A stretch of 64,000 nt of DNA from Pristiophorus japonicus (Eukaryota): NCBI RefSeq assembly GCF_044704955.1, contig NC_091982.1:235166001-235230000 (forward strand), written 5' to 3'. The notes beneath the pieces were generated by a model. It was given only the letters and a program-made list of their open reading frames with translations. It made no database searches and was not told where the DNA came from. Below, piece by piece: positions 45,003 through 57,110 of this stretch (position 1 is the first letter of the stretch; the number at the start of each line of letters is the position of its first letter). A program made the translations under genes and the position numbers.

Positions 45003-48000
45003 TGTGATGTATGTAGCACACAAATCACTGACTCCACACTGTCTGGTGTTGATCTAACTGCTGTGACCTTAGTCCTTTATTGAACAGCTCCAGAGTGCTC
45101 CACAGGTGTGGTGGCCAGCCTTTTATACTGCCTCGTGCAGGTACTTTCAGGTCTCCCACCACAGCGCCCTCTGTGGTGCACCATTGTACTTATCATACAT
45201 TTAACGTACCAGAGCAACACACAACATCATTGCTCCCCCCAACCCCCACCGAGTTCTAAAAGCCGTTGCTTGAATCCCCTAAATCGAAAAACACATTAAC
45301 CCATTGGTAATGTTAGTCACAGATCCACGTCCCTGAATTTAAACACAGTGACCATTCAGCATTGAAATATTACTCTTGTCGTAATTCGCAATTCATGTCC
45401 ATTATTTTAAACACAGTGACCACCCAGCATTAAAATATTATTTCTTGTCATAAATCCATCATCCTACATTCACATAGCACACTTAGACTCGCTCTAGCCT
45501 TACAAAAGTCCAAAAGTATTTGATACGTCCTTACTATACAGTATAAATGCACATGAGGCCCATGCTTGAGAGAAGGTCAGTCTGTGACCTGTCCTTTATT
45601 TCATAGCACTCAAGTGATGGAAGTGGGTGGAGCTTCCCCTTTTATATCTGAAGGTCTAGGTTAGGAGTGTCTCCCACAAGTTCACCACCTAGTGGTCAGT
45701 GTTCTCACAGTGTACAACTTCGGTCAGATTATACATGGGTTACAATGCTGGTTGAATACATGACATCACCTCCCCCCCCAAAGTCTTATTGGGATCACAG
45801 GTTGAGTCTCTCTGGTGGTTTACGCTTCCTTGTAGAGCGCCTGAGTTGGGGCTCCGATTGTTGGGTGCTGGCCTGAATGTCTGCTGTTTGCGGTGCCTCA
45901 GGCCTGTCCGGACTGCCCACAGTGACTGGGCTCTCCTCCCTTTGGTTCCTGTGTTCGGTCACCTGTGGTGGAGTGAACTCTACATTGTGTTCTTCCTCTG
46001 CTTCTTCTATGGGGTTGCTGAACCTCCTTTTTGTTTGATCCACATGTTTGCGGCAGATTTGTCCATTGGTAACTTTAACTACCAGAATCCTATTTCCCTC
46101 TTTGGCAACCACAGTGCCTGCGAGCCATTTGGGCCCTGCAGCTTAGTTGAGGACAAAAACAGGGTCATTTACATCAATACATCACGCCCTCGCATTCCTG
46201 TCATGGTAGTCATATTGTGACTGGCGCCTGCTCTCGACAATTTCTTTCATGGTGGAGTGTATAAGGGATAACCGGGTTTTGAGCGTCCTTTTCATTAGCA
46301 GCTCTGCGGGTGGAACCCCTGTGAGCGAGTGTGGTCTGGATCTGTAGGCCAACAGGAGGCGTGATAAGCGGCATTGGAGGGAATCCCCTTGGATTCTGAG
46401 CATCCCCTGTTTGATTATGTGCACTGCTCGTTCTGCCTGGCCGTTTGAGGCCGGCTTGAACGGTGCCGTTCTAACATGGTTAATTCCATTGCCTGCCATG
46501 AAGTCCTGGAATTCATTGCTTGTGAAGCATGGGCCATTGTCGCTGACCAAGCTGTCTGGTAGACCGTGGGCGGCGAACATTGCCCGTAGACTTTCTACCG
46601 TGGCAGAGGATGTGCTTGAATTTAAAATGTCACACCCGATCCATTTGGAGTAGGCATCTACTACAACCAAAAACATTTTTCCCATGAAAGGACCTGCGTA
46701 GTCCACATGGATGCATGACCAAGGCTTGGCGGGCCATGGCCAGGGGCTAAGGGGGGCTTCCCTGGGCGCATTGCCCAGCTGGGCACACGTGTTGCACCTG
46801 CAAACACAAAGTTCCAGATCTGCGTCTATCCCCGGCCACCAAACGTGTGACCTGGCAATTGCCTTCATCGTGACAATGCCCGGGTGCTCATTGTGGAGTT
46901 CTCTGATGAACACCTCTCTGCCCATCTGGGGCATGACTACGCGGTTTCCCCACAGTAGGCAATCGGCCTGAATCGAGAGTTCATTCTTGCGCCTGTGAAA
47001 TGGTTTAAATTTTTCAGGGCATGCCCTGTACGTGGCTGTCCAGTCCCCATTCAGGACACATTTCTTGACTAGAAACAATAGCGGGTCTTTATTTGTCCAG
47101 ACTTTAATCTGACGGGCTGTCACGGGTGAGCCTTCGCTTCCGAAAGCTTCAACAGCCATGACCATCTCAGCAGCATGTTCGGTAGCCCCCTCAGTGGTGG
47201 CTAGTGGGAGCCTGCTGAGTGCATCGGTGCAGTTTTCGGTGCCCGGTCTATGCCGAATTGTGTCGTCATAGGCGGCTAACGTGAGTGCCCACCTCTGTAT
47301 GCGGGCCGATGCGTTTGCATTTATGGCCTTGTTGTCGGCCAAAAGGGACGTTAGGGGTTTGTGATCTGTCTCCAGCTCAAATTTCCTGCCAAACAGGTAC
47401 TGGTGCATTTTCTTTACCGCATATACACATGCGAGCGCCTCCTTTTCTACCATCCCGTAGCCCCTTTCTGCCTGGGACAGACTTCTGGAGGCATAAGCTA
47501 CCGGCTGTAACTGACCCTTGGCATTGACATGCTGCAACACACACCCGACACCATAGGACGACGCATCGCACGTTAACACAAGTTTCTTACATGGGTCATA
47601 TAGTGTTAATAGATTGTCGGAACATAACAAATTGCATGCTCTATTCCCCCTCGACCCATTCGCGACCTTTGTGTAGCGGCTCTAGCAGCGTGCTCAATTT
47701 GGGAAGAAAGTTACCAAAATAGTTCAGGAGCCCCAGGAATGAATGCAGCTCCGTCGTGTTACGGGGTCTGGGTGCTCTCTGGATCGCTTCCGTCTTGGAC
47801 GCAGTAGGGCTGATCCCGCCTGCTGCTACCCTCATCCCCATGAATTCTACCTCTGGAGCTAGGAAGACGCACTTCGCCTTTTTCAGTCGCAGACCTACCC
47901 GGTCCAGTCTGCGTAGCACCTCCTCCAGGTTGTGGAGGTGTTCTTCAGTATCGTAACCCGTAATGAGGATGTCGTCCTGAAAAACCACCGTCCCTGGAAT

Positions 48001-51000
48001 CGACTTGAGGAGGCTTTCCATATTTCGTTGGAAGATCGCGGCGGCCGAGCGAATCCCGAACAGACATCTGTTGTACTCAAACAACCCCTTGTGTGTCGTG
48101 ATGGTGGTCAGCTTCTTCGACTCACTCGCCAGCTCCTGGGTCATGTAAGCTGAGGTCAGGTCCAATTTTGAAAAAAGTTTGCCACCGGATAGCATCGCAA
48201 AGAGGTCCTCCGCTCTCGGTAGCGGGTACTGGTCTTGGAGTGACACCCGATTGATGGTGGCCTTGTAATCGCCACATATCCTGACCAACCCATCCGCCTT
48301 GAGTACTGGCACAATCGGGCTCGCACAGTCACTGAATTCGACTGGCGAGATGATGCCTTCCCTCAGCAGGAGGTCCAATTTGTCTTCTATCTTTTCCCGC
48401 ATCACGTACGGCACCGCTCTGGCCTTGTGGTGTACTGGCCTGGCGTCCGGGTTTATGTGAATGCCGGGTTGAAATAATGAGTCAAATTTGTCCAGGATCT
48501 GTGAGCATGATACTCGCTCCACAGAGGAAATTGCATTGACATCGTCCCATTTCCAGTTCATGACAGCAAGCCAACTCCTCCCCAGCAGTGCGGGACCGTC
48601 CCCTGGGACAATCCAGAGTGGCAGTCTGTTCTCTGAATCTTTGTGGGTCACGACTACCGTGGCGCTGCCTAGCACTGGAATGATCTGCTTTGTGTAAGTC
48701 CGTAGCTGTGCATCAATCGGCGATAATTTTGGCCTCCTGGCCTTGGACGCCCACAACTTTTCGAACGGTTTGATACCCATCAGGGACTGGCTGGCCCCCG
48801 TGTCTAGCTCCATTGACACTGGGATGCCATTGAGGAGCACTTTCATCATTATCGGTGGCGTCCTGGTGTATGAACTGTATACGTGCTCCACATGAACTCG
48901 CTGAACTTCAGCTTCCAGCGATTTCCCCCAGCGTTCATTTCTGCAATTTCTGCAAGTATTTTGCTCACCTCTGCAAACTCCGGCTGAATGTTTGCCTCCA
49001 CGCCTCCAGCATGAGCTGCTGTTTGAAACAAAAGGTCCGTTGCCAGTCGATCGTCCCTGACTGCCCCTGTTATTGCCCTTGAGTGCGCCATTAACAGTTA
49101 TTGATGGCCCCATTACTGGCCGCATTGTCCCTTGCAATGGCGTGAATCGCTGTTCAGCTTGCCATTGTCTCTGTCGAGCTCCCCCTCTGGGTTCAACTAC
49201 ATGTTGGGGCATGCCCGACTGCCCTTGTCTGCCTGGAGAACTGTGTGCTGCTTTAACAATGTTGAATCTCTGTCCCAATCATTCCTTAACACAGTACCAC
49301 TCGTCTGTTCTGCTAGTGGCCATGCTCGCGTGGTTTAAATCCCAGTTTTTTGTCGCCATTGATACGTTCTTACTATACAGTATAAATGCACACGAGGCCC
49401 ATGCTTGAGAGAAGGTCATTCTGTGATCTGTCCTTTATTTCATTGCACTCAAGTGATGGAAATGGGTGGAGCTTCCCCTTTTATATCTCGGTTAGGAGTG
49501 TCTCCCACAAGTTCACCACCTAGTGGTCAGTGTTCTCACAGTGTACAACTTCGGTCAGATTATACATGGGTTACAATGCTGGTTGAATACATGACAGAAT
49601 TTATGTGGGGACCGCAGTGGTGTGAGGCCCTTTTAAGACGCCCGGGAGCATTTCCCTTTTAAGACGCCATCTTGTGGCTCCCACGAGGCTTCCATTGGGC
49701 GCCCCCATCTTAGGTGTTCAGCTGGCCTGGAAATAAGAAGAAGGAACACGGAAGGAGGGAAAGGGAAACACAGAAGGTGGGGAGAGGGAATTTTGCAGTG
49801 TTTTTGGGAAAGGTTTCAGGCATTTGTCCAAGATCCTCTTCCTCTGGCGTTGCTGGAAATATTCGATGCTGGCGCTCTCAAACTCAGCGCGGCATTTTGT
49901 TAACAGAATGAGAAACAACAAACATCAGCGGCAGCGCCAGTTTGCTTGCTGCCGCGCCCGCCGTTGCCGCAGTCTCCATTCCCACCGTGGCCGCCCCTCC
50001 TGCGGCCACCTCTCCTGCTGCCTACGTGGCCGCCACCATCGCGGCCGCTGCCGCCGCCAGACTGTCAGCTGCGTGGGTCCGCCGGCCATCGATGGACCGC
50101 AGCGCCCCGCCAGCCCACACCCCAGCAATGGGCCCGCACCTGTAACCTTGAGTGGAGGCTGAGGCTGCAGGATTGCTTGGGGCCAGGAGTTCTGGGCTAC
50201 TGCTGCAGCTCCAGCTCGGTTGGCGCTGCTCTTTGGAAACCCGGGGAGCAGCAGTCTGTGGAGGAGTGAAGAGGTCTTCCCAGCTCCCACGGACGTTTCC
50301 CATCCATCTTCTGCCGAGTAGCATTGGCCCATCGCCTGCAATGACCCATAAAGGTAAACCGTGCGTCTCGCCCCCGTGAGATACCTGTACATCCGGTCTG
50401 CCGAGAACAGGTATTAGTTCCCTGGTGTAAGTACGCAGCTTTGCCGTGACCGGGACCAGCTTGGGTCGTGGAGCTGGGTTACCCCACAGTTTATCAAAAG
50501 TTCTCTGACTCATCAACGACGGATCCGATCCCGTATCCACTGCCATACTCACTGGGACTCCGTCAATTTTTACTTCCATTATCACTGGGGGCGAATCATC
50601 GGTGCACGTATACAGTCCCAACACCTCATCTTCTTCTGCCTGCTCCTCGCTGAACAGTGGATCATCCCCCATCACCTCAGCCACACGGTGAGTCCGATTT
50701 CTTTTACACATACGCTGAAGGTGGCCTTTCAGGTGGCAGGTATTGCACGTATACTCTGCAAACCTGCACCGGTGAGCCCCATGGCTTTCTCCGCAGTGCC
50801 AGCATGGTGCTGCTTGATTGGCCCCCCTCAGCGGACTCTGAGCTCCAGGACCCCGAGGTCCATGCTCTCTGCCCCGGGCAGAGCCACGTTCTGCAGTTTT
50901 GTCCGTGGTGGGCGCTATCCTGTGGACAGCGCCTGCCGGGTTCGAGACTGTGTGGATCATTTGCTTGGTGCTACACGTCGAGGTCATATATGCCCGGCTG

Positions 51001-51745
51001 ATGGTGATGGCCTTTGTCAGGGTGACTGTGGGTTCCGTGGCTAGCAGCTTGTGAAGGAGGCCCTCGTGGCCAATCCCCATGACGAAAACGTCCTGCAGCA
51101 CCTCGTCAAGGTGTGCCCCAAAATCACACGGCGCCGCGAGTCTCCTGAGGTCTGCAGCATATTTGGTGACATCCTGGCCCTCGGGTCTGCAGTGATGGTA
51201 AAATTTGTATCTGGCCGTGAGGATGCTCTCCTTCGGTTTCAACTGGTCACGAATGAGTGCGACCAGCTCCTCATATGACTTGTCCCTGGCGCTCGCGAGT
51301 GCCAGCAAATCTCTGACGAGTAAACCTCATCGCCACAACTGGAAAGCAATATCGCCTTACGCTTCTCTCTCAGTGCGTTCGTGTCCTCCGTCAAGTCATT
51401 TGCTGTGAAGTAGTACTCGAGCCTTTCTGTAAAGGCCTCCCAATCATTGCCCACGGTAAAATCCTTTAGTGAGCCCAGAGTAGCCATGGTTGCGTGGAGT
51501 TCGTCCGCTTCCTCGTCGCCAATATGATGTATGTAGCACACAAATCACTGACTCCACACAGTCTGGTGTTGATCTAACTGCTGTGACCTTAGTCCTTTAT
51601 TGAACAGCTCCAGAGTGCTCCCAGGTGTGGTGGCCAGCCTTTTATACTGCCTCGTGCAGGTACTTTCAGGTCTCCCACCACAGCGCCCTCTGTGGTGCAC
51701 CATTGTACTTATCATACATTTAATGTACCAGAGCAATACACAACA
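45003..51745 (-). mobile_element. Outer Ty3/Gypsy LTR element (gag-protease only), inserted in a CR1 3' end
   Basis: LTRs 45003-45226 and 51523-51745; 5-bp TSD atccc (44998-45002, 51746-51750); PBS TGGCGACGAGG (tRNA-Ser type); PPT next to 45227; gag MATLGSLKDF...CCHC knuckles (one frameshift near 51320); protease VDTGS; no RT or integrase of its own. Confidence 0.92.
45521..49596 (-). mobile_element. Inner Ty3/Gypsy LTR element (gag largely deleted; protease-RT-RNaseH-integrase)
   Basis: LTRs 45521-45765 and 49360-49596; TSD gtatt/gaatt; PBS TGGCGAC; ORF 47641..49278 (LDTGA, FQDDIL) and ORF 46182..47630 (CDASSYG, HHCC, SDNG, SNGQAER). Confidence 0.95.
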
Positions 51746-52178
51746 ATCCCTTTAGCCGTCAAGGCTATATCTAACTCCCTCTTGAATATATCGAACGAAC
51801 TGGCATCAACAACTCTCTGCGGTAGAGAATTCCAGAGGTTAACAACTCTTTGAGTGAAGAAGTTTCTCCTCATCTCAGTCCTGAATGGCTTACCCCTTAT
51901 CCTTAGACTGTGACCCCTGGTTCTGGACTTCCCCAACATCGGGAACATTCTTCCTGCATCTAACCTGTCCAGTCCCGTCAGAATTTTATGTGTTTCTATG
52001 AGATCCCCTCTCATTCTTCTAAACTCCAGTGAATACAGGCCCAGTCGATCCAGCCTCTCCTCAAATATCAGTCCCGCCAATCCGGGAATCAGTCTGGTGA
52101 ACCTTCGCTGCACTCCCTCACCAGCAAGAATGTCCTTCCTCAGATTGGGAGACCAAAACTGAACACAATATTCCAGGT
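51746..52178 (-). mobile_element. CR1 LINE 3' part (continues at 44867-45002 across the LTR nest)
   Basis: ccccttgatccc|tttagccgt rejoins the CR1 3' sequence exactly once the LTR element is removed. Confidence 0.92.
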
Positions 52179-53454
52179 AGCCCTCACTTCACTCACTTAG
52201 ACCGTTATTTTCTTCAATCATTTGTGCTGGAAAATGGCTTCACGTCATGTGCAAGTTTCCAGGAAATTCCCGGCCATTATTTGCTGTTGCGGGATCTTGC
52301 TGTGCGCAGATTGGCTGCCATGCTTGCTCACAGAACAACAGTCATGGCACTTCAAAGTGGTTCAGGCTGAACAAGCAATGTGAAGCGTTTGGCAACGGCA
52401 CAGTTTTAACAGATAAAATTCTAGCATTACCCTGCACATTTGAAAATCCTTATCTCTTTTTTATTCATTCGCAGGATGTGGGCATCGCTGGCAAGACTGG
52501 CATTTATTGCCCATCCCTAATTGCCCCTTGAGAAGGTGGTGGTCAATTTTGCATAGTGAAAACGGCGAACACTGACATTTTCGCCGTTATTACAACCGCA
52601 CATTCCGAGTCATTAATTTAATAAATATGCTGTTGGATTACACCTTATTGCAACAACAAAAAAACTGTATAACCATAAAAATCAGCAGGGTATAGAATTT
52701 GACTCAACAGTGATCAAAAGACAGGTGTACATAACAAATCTAATTCAATATTCAAGAAGACCTTATACAATGGCTCAGGGGCAGCACGGACCAGCCCACA
52801 CTGCGATATTTGTGCGCACTAGGTCTGTGCAGTAGAGCTGGTCTCCAATCATCTTGGGTAATCCTTGCCACTGGATCAAGACCTAGCTCTGTCAAGCCTG
52901 TGTGGTGGCTGGTGTGCAATGGCTACCCCACGTTAAAAAAAATCTACGCACAGGCATCTTCCACCCTTCAGGATGTAGTTCGGGATCTGGAATATTAAGT
53001 CCTTCATTGAACACCTGTGAACTCATCCCTTTTTGGCATGGAAGCAAGTCATCCTCGCTTCGAGGGACTGCCTATGATGATACAACTGAGTGGCTCGCTG
53101 GGCCATTTCAGAGGGGCAGTTAAGAATCAGCCACATTGCTGTGGGTCTGGAGTCACCTGTCGGCCAGATCGGGTAAGGGCGGTAAATTTCCTCAGGACAT
53201 TAGTGAACCAAATGGTTTTTTACAACAATTCGGTAGTTTCATGGTTACCATGACTGACACTAGCTTTTTATACAAGATTTAGTTAATTAAGTGCATTTAA
53301 TCTCCCCAGCTGCCATAGTGGGATTTAAACTCATATCACCAGGTTATTAATACAGGCCTCTGGATTACTAGTTCAGTAATATAACCACTATGCTACCATA
53401 CTCTGCCAACATTTGCCTAAACTCTAAGCAGGTTGTGTTTTTGTGCAGAGAGTC

Positions 53455-53990
53455 ATCATTATCATCATAAGCAGTCCCTCGAAATGAGGATGACTTGCTT
53501 CCATGCCAAAAAGGGATGAGTTCACAGGTGTTTCAATGAAGGACCTAATATTACAGATTCCAACTACATGCTGAAGGGTGGAAGATGCCTGTGCTTGGAT
53601 TTTTTTAACGTGTGGTGACTGTTGCACACCAGCCACCACATGGGCTTGACAGAGCTAGGTCTTGGTCCAGTGGCAAGGATTAACCAAGACGACTGGAGAC
53701 CAGCTCTGCTGCACGGACCCTGTGCGCACACATATCGCAGTGTGGGCTGGCCCGTGCTGCCCCTGGGCCCTCGGCTCTTCTGGGCCCCAGATTCACACCT
53801 CTCCTGGGCCCCGGTCACTTCCCTCTACGGACTCTTGCCGCTCCTTCGCCCCTCCTGCTGTGCCTGCCCGCGCTGCAATCAGCGGCCTGGCTTCGCAGCC
53901 GTCGCCCTCCTGCACAGCAAGCGCTGCTCCCTGCAGTGGTATGCAGCCACACGCTGCTCCCTCCAATGGCCCCGGCCTGCTGATGGTCTT
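53455..53990 (-). mobile_element. RTE-tailed SINE-like element
   Basis: Reverse copy of 17740-18256 with a (gat)n tail; further copy at 52775-53083 (+). Confidence 0.75.
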
Positions 53991-54169
53991 GTAGGGACGA
54001 GCAGAGAGAGTGCGCACTTCATATCAGCCAAACAAAAACTCTAGCTGTACAGACTTCTCGTAAGTTAGTCTTTACGGTGAGTAATTTTGACTTTAGGTGA
54101 AAGTGCAAAACCTGCGATATTGTATCAGCTGCCCGTTTATCATCTCTCCCAATTTTAACTCCCATTGAA

Positions 54170-54923
54170 AATAGAAATGCAAAATATTATTTAAATGGAG
54201 AGAGACTACAGAATGCTGCGGTACAGAGGGATCTGGGTGTGCTCATACATGAAGCACAAAAAGTTAACATGCAGGTCAAGTAATTAGGAAGGCAAATGGA
54301 ATGTTGGCCTTTATTGCAAGGGGGATGGAGTATAAAAGCAGGGAAGTCCTGTTACAACGTACAGGGTATTGGTGAGACCACACCTGGAGTACTGCGTGCA
54401 GTTTTGGTCTCCTTATTTAAGGAGGGATATACTTGCATTGGCAGCTGTTCAGAGAAGGTTCACGAGGTTTATTCCTGGGATGAAGGGATTGTCTTATGAG
54501 GAGAGGTTGAGCAGGTTGGGCCTATACTTATTGGAGTTTAGAAGAATGAGAGGTGATCTTATTGAAACATAAAATTCTGAGGGGGTTTGACAGGATAGAT
54601 GCTGAGAGGATGTTTCCCCTCGTGGGGAAATCTAGAACGCGGGGGCATAGGTTCAGAATAAGGAGTCGCCCATTTAAAATGGCGATGAGGAGGAATTTCT
54701 TCTCTCAGTGGATCATGATTCATTGGAATTCTCTACCCCAGAGAGCTGTGGAGGCTGTGTCATTGAATATATTCAAGGCTGAGATAGACAGAGTCAAGGG
54801 TTATAGGAAACAGGCAGGAAAGTGGAATTGAGGCCAAGATCAGATCAGCCATGATCTTATTGAATGGCGGAGCAGGCTCGAGGGGTCAAATGGCCTACTC
54901 CTGCTCCTATGTCTTATGTTCTT
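54170..54923 (+). mobile_element. CR1 LINE 3' part
   Basis: [20 protein letters not shown] plus tail. Confidence 0.9.
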
Positions 54924-56173
54924 ATAAAGTTGTGCTCTGTCGCCCAATGTCAAAATGGCCCCCAGACTCGTAAACATGGAGCTGGGATTCCACACATCAG
55001 ACACTTGTGTTTTTATTTGTATCATTTACCAATTAATTTGCAGATAGATCCAGAATGGTAGCCAACATGGTGGGCAGTCTACATATTCTTCAATAAGCAA
55101 TTTACCATGATAGGAGTTTATTAATAGACCTAGATAAAAGCATATTAGGCTGACAAACCATTACACCCAGTCTCTATTTCTATTGCTCATAGTTTGCTTT
55201 AAGCTCTAGAATTATATAGAATTTACAGCACAGAAACAGGCCATGAGGCCCAACTGGTCTGTGCTCCACAGGAGCCTCCTCCCACCCTATCTCATCTAAC
55301 TCTATTAGCATATTCTACTTACCCCTCAATTTAGAGTGACGAGGCTCCAGCTATACCTCCGGGGGGCGGGGGGGGGGGGGGTTAGTCTTTGGCTTAGTGG
55401 TAGCATTCTTATAATGTGTCGTGCATGCTCAGTCATTGAGTTTATTCAAGGTTGAGATAAATAGATTTTTGGACTCCAGAGGAATCAATGGCTATGGGGA
55501 TCGGGCAGGAACGTGGAGTTGAGGTTGAAGATCAGCCATGATCTTATTGAATGGCGGTGCACGCTCGAGAGACCGTATGGCCTACTCCTGCCGCTCCTAA
55601 TTCTGAGTCATGAAGGTGAAGGGTTTGAGCCCTGGTTTGTCCAATACTCGTGAGTGGAGATTACAATATGGTCATTAAATACTGGGTCAACATCCATTGG
55701 GGTACTCACATCTGCCATGGGACCTTTTACATCCACCTAAGGGAGTAGATGGGGCCTCGGTTTAATGTCCCATGGCACCTCCAACCATGCAGACTAGATT
55801 ATGTGCTCAAGTCTCTGGAGTGGGGCTTGAATCCACTACCTTCTGACTCAGGGGCAAGGGTGCTACCCACTGAGCCACGGCTAATGCAAAGGCACCACCT
55901 CGGACCATTGCTACTCCAGCCCTTGCCCTGGGGAGTGAGAGCTACATATTCTACCCTACTCCGGTGGGGCTAACTGAGGTTTCTAACTTAGCTGAATAAC
56001 AACGATTGAGAAATTAAGATTGTGCTCTGCTGTGGTTCAAGAGCAGAGCAAAGGCAAGCATCCGAATGTTAATTGGCTTTTGCCATCAGAATGAAAATAT
56101 TCACAAATATTCATAATGACTGACTGCTTTGATGTGGATATGATAGGATACTCAGCTTGCTTAAATCACTTAC

Positions 56174-56201
56174 CTTCACATCAGTGTCCTTGAACGGTAA
56201 T
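56174..56201 (-). CDS. MINDY4B: MINDY4B exon 2, 28-nt micro-exon (G-LPFKDTDVK)
   Basis: Acceptor ctttgtttttgatttgcag, donor AAG|gtaagt. Its 28 nt convert phase 2 (exon 1) to phase 0 (exon 3) with no stop codon. Confidence 0.8.
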
Positions 56202-56744
56202 CTGCAAATCAAAAACAAAGCAAATATTATAATTTAGAATGGAAAGCTGCAGGAAAATTTCCTGCCGTAATTTGCCCATATGAAGAGTTCCCCATCTCCA
56301 CCTGGTTGGCTGCAGAAAGCAGAGAGCAGAATCGAAGCCATTGCTTAAATGACGAAAATGTGTCAACAAGTATCACAGAGCGAATCAACAGATGCCGGTC
56401 TCACACATAGAGCCTGCCAGCTGGATCAGAACTTGGCTGCTCTTCTTCGAAATACTGCCATGGGATCTTTTTCATCCACCCAAGAGAGCAGACGGGGGCC
56501 TCGGTTTAACGTCTCATCCGAAAGACAGCACCTCTGACAGTGCAGCGCTCCCTCAGTACTGCACTGGAGTGTCAAGCCTAGATGATATGCTCAATTCTCT
56601 GGAGTGGGACTTCAACCCATAACCATTGATATTATGGTTACGACCATAATGTCAATCAGACTGGCTTCCGGGCGGAGAAACTGTTCAAAAAAAAGAACAG
56701 GCACGCCATGGGGTTGAAACATCATGGTTTTTAGGGATCCTGAC

Positions 56745-57110
56745 TGTTATGTCAGTAATGCACTTATGAATGACTCCACGAGGCACTGTGTTGTACTCAA
56801 ACTGTAGTGACCTTGGTCCTTTATTCGTAACTCCAGAGTGAGGCATAAGCATGGTGGGCAGCCTTTTATATTGGGCCCTGCACACCTATGCAGGTGACCT
56901 TCAGGTCTCCCACTGCAGTGCCCTCTGGTGGACAGCCTCTGCCACAGGGGCAGAAAACCCCGGTCTCCACCAGTTGCACCCTCTAGTGGTGCCAGCATAG
57001 TGTATACACAGTGTAAACCTTATTGACAGTACCTCAGTTAACAAGTCTCCATCTTATGTAACTATACAGTGACTATACAGAGAGTATATCTATAGTCTGC
57101 ATATATAACA
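56745..57110 (-). mobile_element. Solo Gypsy LTR (366 bp)
   Basis: TGTTAT...ATAACA termini; 5-bp TSD ctgac/ccgac; shares gtgacctt(a/g)gtcctttatt and gccttttata blocks with LTR 45003-45226. Confidence 0.85.

Noticed and set aside
49824-50392. Arg/Ala/Pro-rich ORFs inside the outer LTR element as a captured gene
   Set aside because: GC-rich low-complexity DNA open in several frames with no recognisable domain.
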